A stretch of 64,000 nucleotides of DNA. Origin: an uncultured Chloroflexia bacterium. Its GTDB lineage: Bacteria > Chloroflexota > Limnocylindria > Limnocylindrales > CSP1-4. Numbering within the stretch: the stretch's first letter is position 1; each line of letters starts with the position of its first letter. The stretch is taken from contig CAVPPB010000003.1 in the NCBI GenBank assembly GCA_963707215.1, positions 1,568,001 to 1,632,000 of the forward strand, given 5' to 3'. Below, piece by piece: positions 55,013 through 64,000 of this stretch. Both the position numbers and the translations under genes were made by a program. Below the pieces are notes generated by a model. It did not search any database and was not told the DNA's origin. It saw only the letters and a list, made by a program, of their open reading frames with translations.

Positions 55013-56077
55013 TCAGTCGGCCCCGGCGCCCGGCTCGGCCGCGGTGGCTGGTTCCGGGGCCGTCGGCTCAGGGATGGTCGCCGGCTCCGGGGCCGGGATG
55101 CCCAGGAACGACCGCAGGGTCGCCGCCGTCGGCATCCCCTCCCTCGCTCCGATCCTTACGGTGGCGAGCGCGCCGGCAGCGACGGCCCTGGTGACCGCGA
55201 CCTCCAGCGAGCGGCCCTCGGCGAGGGCGACGGCGAGCGCCCCGTTGAAGGCATCCCCGGCCCCGGTCGAGTCCACCGTGTCGACGGTCGGGGCGGGCCG
55301 AGCCACCGTGGTCACCCCGCCGGCGGCGCTCTCGTCGAGGCGGACGATGACCGCGCCGGCCCGCCCGAGCGTGACGACGACCGCGGGCACCGATCCGCCC
55401 CGCGCGGCGACGCGCTGGAGGAGCCAGACGGCGGCCTTGACCGGGTCTCCCGGCGGTGGCTCGTGCGAGCCGCCCCTGGCGGACTCGGCCGCCACAAGCA
55501 TGGCCAGCTCGGTCCGGTTCGGGGTCACGACGTCGGCCAGGGCGAGGTCATCGGGCCCCAGGCCCGGCGCCGGGGCGGGGTTGAGGACGGTCGTGGCGCC
55601 GGCTGCCCGCCCCACGCGCAGGCCCTCCCGGACCGCCTCGGTCGGGATCTCGTTGCTGGCCATGACGATGTCGCCGTCGAGCGGACCCAGGCGCTCGATC
55701 GCCTCCGCGACCATCGCCGGCTCCAGGCGAGCGTTCGCCCCGGAGGCGACCCCGATCAGGTTCTCGCCACGGGCGTCGACCATGATGATCGCCACGCCGG
55801 TCGCGGCCTCGGGGATCGTCAGGAGTCGCGAGGTGTCGACATGCTCCGCTGCCAGCGCGGCCCGAGCGTCGGACGCGAAGGCATCGTCGCCGACCGCCGC
55901 GACGAACAGCGTGGGGCGTCCCAGTCGGGCGACGGCGACGGCCTGGTTGCCGCCCTTGCCGCCATGGTGCTGCTCGAACACCCCGCCGGTCACGGTCTCG
56001 CCCGGCGACGGCAGGTGCTCCGCCCGGACGACCAGATCGACGTTGACCGAGCCGACGACGATGACGCGTCCGCTCAT
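55013..56077 (-). CDS. rbsK: Ribokinase (PfkB family)
   Basis: GSVNVD, GGKGGNQA, NPAPA, PN..E, DSTGAGDAF. Confidence 0.9.
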   Translation of the reverse strand: MSGRVIVVGSVNVDLVVRAEHLPSPGETVTGGVFEQHHGGKGGNQAVAVARLGRPTLFVAAVGDDAFASDARAALAAEHVDTSRLLTIPEAATGVAIIMVDARGENLIGVASGANARLEPAMVAEAIERLGPLDGDIVMASNEIPTEAVREGLRVGRAAGATTVLNPAPAPGLGPDDLALADVVTPNRTELAMLVAAESARGGSHEPPPGDPVKAAVWLLQRVAARGGSVPAVVVTLGRAGAVIVRLDESAAGGVTTVARPAPTVDTVDSTGAGDAFNGALAVALAEGRSLEVAVTRAVAAGALATVRIGAREGMPTAATLRSFLGIPAPEPATIPEPTAPEPATAAEPGAGAD

Positions 56078-56140
56078 GAGCGTGCTCCCTTCCGCGGTTC
56101 GGGCCGCCCGTGGGTCGAGCCCTCGCCGCGCCTTCGCTGC

Positions 56141-56962
56141 CTAGGAGCCGGTGACGTACTCGCCGCCATCGACGCCGATGATCTCGCCGTTGATGAAATC
56201 GGTGCCCTCGCCGGAGAGCGCCACGATCGCGCCGGCGACGTCCTGGGGCGTCGTCATCCGGCCGGTCGGGTTGCGCCGGGTGGCCGCCTTGATGATCTCG
56301 TCGTGCTCCGGGATCTTCATCAGGGCCGGCGTCAGCGTGACCCCGGCCCGGATGGCATTCACGGTGATGCCGCTGTCGCTCCGGGCGAGCTCCATGGCCA
56401 GCTGTCGGACGTGGGACTCCAGGGCCGCCTTGGCGGACGAGACGACCCCGTACGACGGGACCACCCGAGTCGAGCCCTCGGAGGTCATCGCGAAGACGCG
56501 CGAGCCCCGTCCCAGCAGGCCGGCCGCGTAGAGTTCCTGGACCCAGTAGACGAGGCTGTTGGCCATGACGTCCTGGGTCATCTCCATCTTCTTGCGGTCG
56601 ACCGCCTCCTTGGGATCGTCGGCGATGAACGGGACGAGCGACCCGAACGCCAGCGAGTGCATCACGACCCGGATGTACGGGTCGGCGCCCTCGGCGCGGC
56701 GCTCCTCGAACCTGGCCTGGATCGTCTCGATCGCCGAGCGGCGCTTGCCGTCGTCGGCGGCGTTCATGTTGAGGAAGACGGCCTCGCTGCCGGCCGCCTC
56801 GATCCCGGCCTTGACCTCCTCGACGTGCTGGAGGGCGGCCCGGAAGTCGAGGTGGACCCCCACGATGCGATAGCCCGCCGAGGCGAGGGCCAGGCTCGTG
56901 GCCTCGCCCATGCCGCTCGAGGCGCCGAGGATGAGCGCCCAGCGCTCGCGGGTGTCGGTCAT
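56141..56962 (-). CDS. SDR-family oxidoreductase (enoyl-ACP reductase-like)
   Basis: GASSGMG, Y-x6-K (YGVVSSAK), VNAI..G, VDGG. Confidence 0.85.
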   Translation of the reverse strand: MTDTRERWALILGASSGMGEATSLALASAGYRIVGVHLDFRAALQHVEEVKAGIEAAGSEAVFLNMNAADDGKRRSAIETIQARFEERRAEGADPYIRVVMHSLAFGSLVPFIADDPKEAVDRKKMEMTQDVMANSLVYWVQELYAAGLLGRGSRVFAMTSEGSTRVVPSYGVVSSAKAALESHVRQLAMELARSDSGITVNAIRAGVTLTPALMKIPEHDEIIKAATRRNPTGRMTTPQDVAGAIVALSGEGTDFINGEIIGVDGGEYVTGS

Positions 56963-57292
56963 GGGTCCCTCCGGGGCATCCGGGCCGCCAGGCGGCCGGA
57001 GCAGGTCGATGGCATGGGTGGCAGGTGGATCGCAGCGAATTTAGCAGCGCCTCGGCGCGGGAGCGTCGGGCGAAGCGCTGCGTGGGCGTCGAGCGACCGC
57101 TGGCGGTCGTTCCGTGACCCCTGCGAGGGCCGCTCGGCCGGGCCCCGGGTCGGCCGGTCGGCACGGCGGCGGCGGCCCGGACGGCCCTGTCCGGGCGACC
57201 CGGCAACGCGGTGAATCGGAACCTGCGGTCAGGGGCCGCGCGCCGCGGCTACCCTTGCCGGACGCTCCAGGCAGTCGCACGCAGGACACCGG

Positions 57293-58688
57293 ATGACCAT
57301 CGGCGACCAGACCATCCCGTCCGAGCTGCTCCTCGTCCTGGTCCCGCTCGCCATCGTCCAGATCGGCCTGATCGTCTGGGCGCTCTGGGACCTGACCCGG
57401 CCCGGTCGACGCGTCCGCGGCGACAGTCGCCTGCTCTGGGCGATCGTGATCCTGCTGGTCAACCTCTTCGGTCCCCTGCTCTACATCTTCTTCGGCCGCC
57501 TCGAGAGCGTCGAGGGCGAGGAGCCCGCGGCACCTCCACCGGGCCCGGGCGCCGTCGCGGGCTGGCAGGCGCCGACGAGCGCCGGGACGGCGACGTCCCC
57601 CTCGGCCCCTCCGGCGCCGTCCCCGCCCACCGAGGGCCCCGCCGCCGAGGCGACCGCGACGACCCCCGGCCCGACAGGCGACACGCCTCGACGCGACCGG
57701 GTCCGTCCCGGCGCCCCGGCCGCCGTCGCGACCCAGGGCCTCACCAAGCGGTACCAGGGCGGCGTCGGCGGGATCCTGGCCCTGGACCACCTGGACCTCG
57801 AGGTCCCGGCCGGCTCGGTCTTCGGCCTCCTGGGACCGAACGGGGCCGGCAAGACGACGACCCTGCGGATCCTCTCCGGCCTGGCTCACCCGACCGCCGG
57901 GACGGCGACCGTGGCCGGCGTCCCGATCGACGGCGGCGGTCCCGTGCCTGACCCGCAACATCGGCTACCTGGACCAGGACCCGCGCTACTACGGCTACCT
58001 CTCCGGCCGCGAGCTGGTCGGCCTGGCCGGCCGACTCCATGGGCTCGACGGGCCCGACCTGCGGAGGCGAGCGGACGAGGTCCTCGAGCGGGTCGGGCTC
58101 GACCCGGCCGCGGACCGGCGGGTCTCGACCTATTCCGGCGGGATGCGCCAGCGGCTCGGCATCGCCCAGGCCCTGGTGAACCGTCCGTCGCTGGTGATCC
58201 TCGACGAGCCCGTCGCCTCCCTCGACCCGGAGGGTCGCCGCGATCTCCTGGGCCTCATCGGCGAGCTGGGCGAGACGTCGACGGTCTTCTTCTCGACCCA
58301 CGTGCTGTCCGACGTCGAGCGCGTCTGCGACCGGGTCGCGATCCTCGACCAGGGTCGTCTCGTCACCGCCGGACCGCTCGACGAGCTCCTCGACCAGTAC
58401 GCCCTGCCGGTCTACCGCCTCGATCCGGAGCCCGGCCAGGCCGAGGCGGTCGAGCGCCTGATGGACCGGTTGCGCCAGCAGCCGTGGGCGACCGACGTCC
58501 GGATGGAGCACGAGTGGATCGTCCTCGGGGTCACCGACCCGGCCGTCGCGGCCCGGGAGCTCCTCCCGATCATCGTCGCCGAGGGAGTGGCCCTGACCGG
58601 CTTCGAGCGGGCCCGGCCGACCCTGGAGGACGTCTTCCTGCGCCTGGTCGGACGGGCGAGCAGCGAGCCGACGGCGGTGACGGCATGA
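57293..58688 (+). CDS. PLDc_N-type membrane domain fused to an ABC-2 ATPase (apparent +1 frameshift near 57940)
   Basis: AL.DL...W..VILLVN.FGPLLY..FGR; GPNGAGKTT; continues as [21 protein letters not shown] in the next frame. Confidence 0.8.
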
Positions 58689-59454
58689 GCGCGTTCATGA
58701 CCCTGCTCCGCAAGGAGCTCCGCGAGTCGTGGCGGACCCGCCGGTTGCCCGTGGTCCTCGTACTCTTCGCGATCGTCGGCCTGATCTCGCCGCTGACCGC
58801 CCGCTACCTGCCGGAGATCCTCGAGCTCGCGTTCCGTGACGAGCTCGAGGTGCCGATCCCGCCCTCGACCATCGCCGACGCCGTCTATCAGCTGCAGAAC
58901 AACCTGGCCCAGTTCGGGGGCCTCACCGCGATCGTGCTCGCGATGGGCCTCGTCGCCACCGAGAAGGAGCGCGGGACGGCGGCCTTCGTCCTCGTCAAGC
59001 CGGCGTCCCGGGGCGCCTTCCTCGCCGCCAAGCTGGCTTCGCTCGGGATCGTGATGGCGATGGCCGTCGCGCTGGCGACAGTCCTCGCCTGGGCGTACAC
59101 GGCCGTCCTGTTCGAGCCGCTCCCGGCACCCGGCTGGGCGGCCCTGGCGGTCCTCGCCTGGCTCGCCCTGATGGCCTGGGGCTCGATCACCTTCCTCGCC
59201 TCGACGGTCACCGGGTCGGCGATGGCCGCGGCGGGAGTCGGGATCGCGGCCATCCTCGGCCTCTCGATCGTGGCGGCGATCCCTCAGCTGGGGCGCTGGC
59301 TGCCGTCCGGGCTCGATCCCGCCGTCGCTGGCCCTGGCGACCGGGGCGCCGGTCGTGACCGAGGACCTCGCGACGGCGATCGTCGGAACGGTGGCTCTCA
59401 TCGCGGTCGAGTGGGATCGGCGCCCTGCTGGCCTTCCGTCGGCAGGAGCTCTGA
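58685..59454 (+). CDS. ABC-2 type permease (two apparent +1 frameshifts near the 3' end)
   Basis: LLRKE.RE, E.ERGT...LVKP.SR..F..AK; canonical FRRQEL-stop ending at 59454 in another frame. Confidence 0.8.
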
Positions 59455-59493
59455 TCGGGTCGTCGGGCCGATGGCCCCCGGCGCCGACCGGCC

Positions 59494-60761
59494 CTAGACG
59501 ACCCCCGAAGCCCGCAGCTGCTCGACCTCGGCCGGCCCGTAGCCGAGCTCGGCGAGGATGTCGTCCGTCTGCTCGCCCAGGAGCGGCGGCGCCGAGCGGA
59601 TCGAGGCCGGCGTGGCCGAGAGCTCGAACGGGATCCCGACCTGGCGGATCGGCCCGAGGGCCGGGTGCTCGACGTCGACGGTCATGCCACGAGCCACGGC
59701 CTGGGGGTGTTCGAAGGCCGCCAGGAGGTCGTTGATCGGCGCCACCGGGACCTCGGCGGCGGCGAGCGCGGCCAGCCAGTCGGCGGTCGGCCGGGAGACC
59801 AGGCGCTCGGCCAGGATCGGGCGCAGCGCGTCGCGATGGTCGACCCGGACACCGTTCGTCGCGAAGCGGGGATCGGCGGCCAGACCGTCGAGTCCGAGAG
59901 CGGCACAGAACCGGGGCCACTGGCGCTCGCTGCCGACGGCTACCGCGATCTCCCCGTCGGCGGTGGAGAAGGTCTCGTAGGGGACGATGTTCGGATGGGC
60001 GTTGCCCCGCCGGACCGGGGCCCGCCCGGTCACGAACGCGTTCTGAGCCTGGTTGACCAGGACCGCCAGGGTCGACTCCAGGAGCGAGAGATCGATCCGC
60101 TGGCCCGCGCCCGTCGGCCGGCGACCCGGCCCGCTCGCGCCCGACGAGGGCCGAGAGGGCCGAGACGGCCCCGAGCAGCCCGGTCACGACGTCGGCGATG
60201 GCGACCCCGACCTTGGTCGGGCCCGCCGCCCGCCTCGTCCGGGAACCCGGTGATCGACATCAGCCCGGCCTCGGCCTGGAGGATGAAGTCGTAGCCCGGC
60301 CGGTCGCGGTCGGGTCCGGTCGGGCCGTAGCCGCTGATCGCCAGGTGGACGAGGCGGGGGTTGATCCGCTCGAGCTCGACATCGTCGAAGCCGAGTCGAT
60401 CGAGCCCACCGACCCGGAAGTTCTCGACCAGGAGATCGGCCCGGGCCAGCAACCGGCGGAGGACCTCGGCGCCCTCGGGCCGCTTGAGGTCGAGCCGGAT
60501 CGATCGCTTGTTCCGGTTGACGGCGAGGTAGTAGGCCGCGGTGCCCGGGTCGTCCGGACCGGCGCGCCCGGCGCCGACCCACGGTGGACCCCAGCCGCGC
60601 GTCGCATCTCCCTCGGGTGGCTCGACCTTGACGACGTCCGCTCCGAGGTCGGCGAGGAGCATCGTGCAGTAGGGCCCGGCGAGGACCGTCGAGCAGTCGG
60701 CGACGAGCAGACCGGCGAGGGGGCCGGGGATCGCGGACGGTGGGGGGGTGGGGTCGGCCAT
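59494..60761 (-). CDS. CaiB/BaiF family III CoA-transferase (two apparent +1 frameshifts near 60230 and 60110)
   Basis: [43 protein letters not shown], then D..TG, ID.SL, PY..F...DG, P.LGE.T. Confidence 0.85.
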
Positions 60762-60835
60762 CGGAGCGATGGTATCGACCATGGCGACCCGCGGCGGGTC
60801 GGGCCGGTGAAGGGGCGCCTCGCCGAGCCGCCGGA

Positions 60836-61333
60836 TCAGGCCGGTGCCGGCTCCGGCTGGGTCACGTCGACGACCGCGGCCCCGGTCGCCGCGACGAGGT
60901 CGGGCGGCGCGAGGTGGAGATTCACGCCCCGCTTGCCGCCGCCGATGGCGACCCGCTCGAGCCCCATGATCGAGGCGTCCGCGACGACCGGCCAGGCCCG
61001 CTCGGAGCCGAACGGGGTGATGGCCCCGCGCTCGTAGCCGGTGACGGCCTTCGCCTCCTCGGCGTCGGGCAGCGAGAGCCGGTTGGTGCCCAGGTGCGCC
61101 CGCAGCTTCGGCCAGTCGAAGCGCCGGCCGCCCGGGACCAGGACGAAGACGTAGTCGTCCTCGGCCCGTCGGACGACGATCGTCCGCAGCAGCGCGCCGA
61201 GCTCGATGCCCTGCCACTCGGCGCTCTCCTCGGCGCTGCGGGCGGGTTGGGTGACGACGACCCGGTGGGGGGTGCCGGCCGCCACGACGGCGCGCAGGGC
61301 GGGCGTGTCGGGCGCGTCGGTCTCGCCCGTCAT
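60836..61333 (-). CDS. YbaK/EbsC aminoacyl-tRNA deacylase family protein
   Basis: LVPG....[22 protein letters not shown]. Confidence 0.85.
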   Translation of the reverse strand: MTGETDAPDTPALRAVVAAGTPHRVVVTQPARSAEESAEWQGIELGALLRTIVVRRAEDDYVFVLVPGGRRFDWPKLRAHLGTNRLSLPDAEEAKAVTGYERGAITPFGSERAWPVVADASIMGLERVAIGGGKRGVNLHLAPPDLVAATGAAVVDVTQPEPAPA

Positions 61334-64000
61334 CCGGCTTCCGCCGCGGCCGCAGCGCGCCGGGAGCCACCGGAGGCGGTGGGGCGGCCACGATCGGCCT
61401 CGAGGGCATCCAGCTGGGCCAGGTAGCCACTGGCGCCATGGCGTTCGAGCAACTCCCTCGCCTCGGCGGCACCCTCCTCGGCCAGCCGATCCCCGGCCGG
61501 GGCGACCGCGAGGCAGTCGATGACGCTGATCGCGAGGGCCACGTCGAGCCCGAGCTCCCGGTACCGACGCCAGGCTTCGCGGAACGCGGCCGAGGCCTCC
61601 GTCCAGCGGCCCTCGAGCCCGTCGACCGCAGCCCCCAGCGTCGCTCGCTCGACCCGACCGGCGGCACCTCGCGCCCCGAGATCGTCGAGCTGACGGAGGG
61701 CGTCGGTCGCGCGGGTGGCGTCGCCCAGGCGGATGGCGACCCGGGCGGCGATGAGCAGCGCGAACGGGGCGTTCAGCGGGTCCTGGACGGCCGACATCGC
61801 CTCCTGGTACGCCTCCTCGAACGCACCGGCGGCCTGCGCGTGATAGGCCAGGGCGAGGGAGGCGGCTGCGTGCGTCTGCGGGTCCTTGGACGTGGCCAGG
61901 AACGCCCGCAGCTCGGCCATCTCGTCGCTCGCATCGCGGCCGCGGCTGCCGGCGAGCTCGATGGTCGAGACGAGCACCTGGGCACGGTCGCTCGGCTCGA
62001 GCTCGTCGAGCCGGATCTCGGCCTGCTCGGCCTCGATCCACGACCAGTCGCCGACACCCAACGACGCCTCCGTGACGTTGGCGAGCGCGCTCCGCCAGAG
62101 CGGCCCGAGACCGTATCGCCGGCCCCGCTCGATCGCGTCCCGGCCGACGCGGACGGCGGCCCGCGGATCGTCCTCCATGAGCGAGAGGCAGAGGGTGTGC
62201 GAGGCGCGGGCGCCGGCCGGCCCGTCGCCCCTGGCGTCGGCCAGCTCCAGGGATGCGGAGAGCAGTGCTCGACCCTCGAGGGGGCGGCCGGCCGTGATCA
62301 GGATCCCGCCCTTGACCGTCATGCCCGTGATGACCAGGTCGACGCGCTCGAGCCGCTCGGCGTCGGCCAGGCCACGGTCGGCCCAGTCGAGGGCCGCGTC
62401 GTTGTCGCCGAGCTGGCTGTAGCTCCCCGCCAGTCCCAGTCGGATCTCGGTCAGGACCGGGTCCGGCGCCAGATCGGCGATCTCCGCCTCGGCGGCCGTC
62501 AGCAGGGGGACGGACTCGACGAGCCGACCGGAGAAGGCCATGGATCGGGACAGCGCCTCAATCGCCCGTGCCGTCGAGCGTCGGTCGCCCAGGTCCCGGA
62601 ACCGCTCGACGGCCGACTCCAGGGTCCGGACGGAGGCCTCGAGACGCCCGAGGTTGCGCGAGGCGACGCCGATCCGCTCCAGGAGGCCCGCCTCCTCCGA
62701 GGGATCGGAGGTGACGGCGCGTGCCCGTTCGAGATAGGCGATCGCGCTCTCGTGCGACCCGAGCTCGGTCGCCCGGTCCGCGGCGGCCCGGAGGGCGATC
62801 CGGGCCTGGGCCGCGACCGCCTCACCCTCGGCACCTTCCGGTGCCGCCTCGTAGGCATCGACGTAGTGGGTGGCCAGGACACCGGCGGAAGCCTCGTCGC
62901 CCAGGGATTCGTAGTACCGGGCCGCGGCCAGGTGGCGGGTCCGCCGATCGCGCTTCGCCAGGGTCGAATACGCGACCTCGCGGACGAGGGCCTGGGTGAA
63001 GCCGTACTGGCCACGCTCCGGCGAGCGAGGGTCGGTGTCCAGCTGGAGGATCTCCCGGTGGACGAGGGCCCGGAGCCGGGGCTCCAGCGACGCCTCCGGC
63101 TCGCCCGTGAGCGCCGAGAGGGCGGCGACGCTGAAGGTCTGGCCCAGGACGGCGCCGTCCTGGAGCAGTGCCCGGTCGGCCGGGTCCACGGCGTCCAGGC
63201 GCGCGGCGATCAGCGCGTGCAGCGTGTCGGGGATCTGCAGCTCCCCAAGATCCCCGGTCACCCGGTAGCTGCCGTCCGCCTCCGCCAGCTTGCCGTCCTC
63301 CACGAGCATCCGGATCGTCTCGACCGCGTAGAGGGGGATGCCGTCCGCGCGCTGGAGGATCGCTCGGACGGCGGGCGTCGGGAGCCCGGGGACGAGGCCC
63401 GCGAGGAGCTCGCGCATCGCATCGTCCGACAGCGGTTGGAGGGCGAGCGCGACGAAGTTCCGGCGACCGGCGCCCCAGCCGGGTCGTCGCTCCAGGAGGT
63501 CCGGACGGGCCAGGGCGATGACGAGGATCGGGTAGCCGATCGACCACTCCAGGAGGTGATCGATGAAGTCGAGGAGGCCCGCGTCGGCCCACTGCAGATC
63601 CTCGAAGACGAGGACCGTCGTGCCCTGGAGCGAGATCCGCTCGAAGAACGTCCGCCAGGCGGCGAACAGCTCCTCTCGCCCGCCGGGCGGGGCCTCGCCG
63701 ACCCCCAGCAGGCTTCGAAGGGCCGGCTCGATCCGCCGTCGCTCGGCCTCGTCCGCGACGTACTCGGCGACCGTCGCGGCGATCCGATCGATGGTCGTGG
63801 CTTCGTCGTCCGTCTCGGCGAGCCCGGCTCGGCGCCGGACCATCTCGCCGAGGGCCCAGAACGTGACGCCCTCGCCGAAGGAGGGCGAGCGGCCCTGGTG
63901 CCAGAAGATGTCCTCGCTGACCCCGTCGATGTACTTGAGGAACTCCCAGGCGAGCCGGCTCTTCCCGATGCCGCCCTGACCGGTGACCGAGAGCAACCGG
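61330..64000 (-). CDS. AAA/STAND ATPase + TPR protein, paralog of 9979-13575 (5' part outside the window)
   Basis: [45 protein letters not shown] blocks near-identical to the first copy. Confidence 0.9.
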   Translation of the reverse strand, partial: RLLSVTGQGGIGKSRLAWEFLKYIDGVSEDIFWHQGRSPSFGEGVTFWALGEMVRRRAGLAETDDEATTIDRIAATVAEYVADEAERRRIEPALRSLLGVGEAPPGGREELFAAWRTFFERISLQGTTVLVFEDLQWADAGLLDFIDHLLEWSIGYPILVIALARPDLLERRPGWGAGRRNFVALALQPLSDDAMRELLAGLVPGLPTPAVRAILQRADGIPLYAVETIRMLVEDGKLAEADGSYRVTGDLGELQIPDTLHALIAARLDAVDPADRALLQDGAVLGQTFSVAALSALTGEPEASLEPRLRALVHREILQLDTDPRSPERGQYGFTQALVREVAYSTLAKRDRRTRHLAAARYYESLGDEASAGVLATHYVDAYEAAPEGAEGEAVAAQARIALRAAADRATELGSHESAIAYLERARAVTSDPSEEAGLLERIGVASRNLGRLEASVRTLESAVERFRDLGDRRSTARAIEALSRSMAFSGRLVESVPLLTAAEAEIADLAPDPVLTEIRLGLAGSYSQLGDNDAALDWADRGLADAERLERVDLVITGMTVKGGILITAGRPLEGRALLSASLELADARGDGPAGARASHTLCLSLMEDDPRAAVRVGRDAIERGRRYGLGPLWRSALANVTEASLGVGDWSWIEAEQAEIRLDELEPSDRAQVLVSTIELAGSRGRDASDEMAELRAFLATSKDPQTHAAASLALAYHAQAAGAFEEAYQEAMSAVQDPLNAPFALLIAARVAIRLGDATRATDALRQLDDLGARGAAGRVERATLGAAVDGLEGRWTEASAAFREAWRRYRELGLDVALAISVIDCLAVAPAGDRLAEEGAAEARELLERHGASGYLAQLDALEADRGRPTASGGSRRAAAAAEAG

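Noticed and set aside
1-64000. Mobile elements, prophage, tRNA/rRNA, known defence systems
   Set aside because: No transposase, integrase, phage, tRNA or rRNA signatures recognised, and no obvious composition shift; only a partial antitoxin at the left edge

Overview
Very GC-rich (roughly 70% by eye), gene-dense bacterial chromosome segment with about 65 CDS and no rRNA, tRNA, CRISPR array, transposase or integrase that I can recognise. Gene content and style suggest a Chloroflexota/Actinobacteria-like organism, probably a metagenomic assembly (inference only). Main blocks: a nucleoside hydrolase plus ECF transporter operon (0.2-4.7 kb); an Rrf2-sufC-sufS / sufU-moeZ-cysO-cysM-mec sulfur cluster interrupted by a large adenylate cyclase-AAA-TPR gene (5.7-16.9 kb); mixed metabolic genes (17-44 kb); an envelope redox/metal block of Rrf2, SCO, PCuAC, VKOR-DsbA, Znu-Zur and a ferric-reductase-like/ApbE module (44.5-55 kb); and a tail with six apparent +1 frameshifts that are probably assembly errors. 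Most notable unexplained signals: (1) two short, translationally coupled GRCxC peptides whose Cys codons lie in alternative RNA stems, each just before a sulfur-transfer gene in an operon with an Rrf2-type operator, a candidate cysteine-sensing attenuator system; (2) a ~320-bp intergenic element with nested inverted repeats and three copies of a 28-bp motif; (3) a stand-alone phycobiliprotein-like globin lacking the bilin Cys, paired with a DUF433 gene; (4) a four-gene flavinylation module whose probable substrate is a coiled coil ending in a bare SGAS motif; (5) many probable leaderless promoters and CTG/GTA starts. All calls come from reading motifs by eye; no database searches or folding programs were run.
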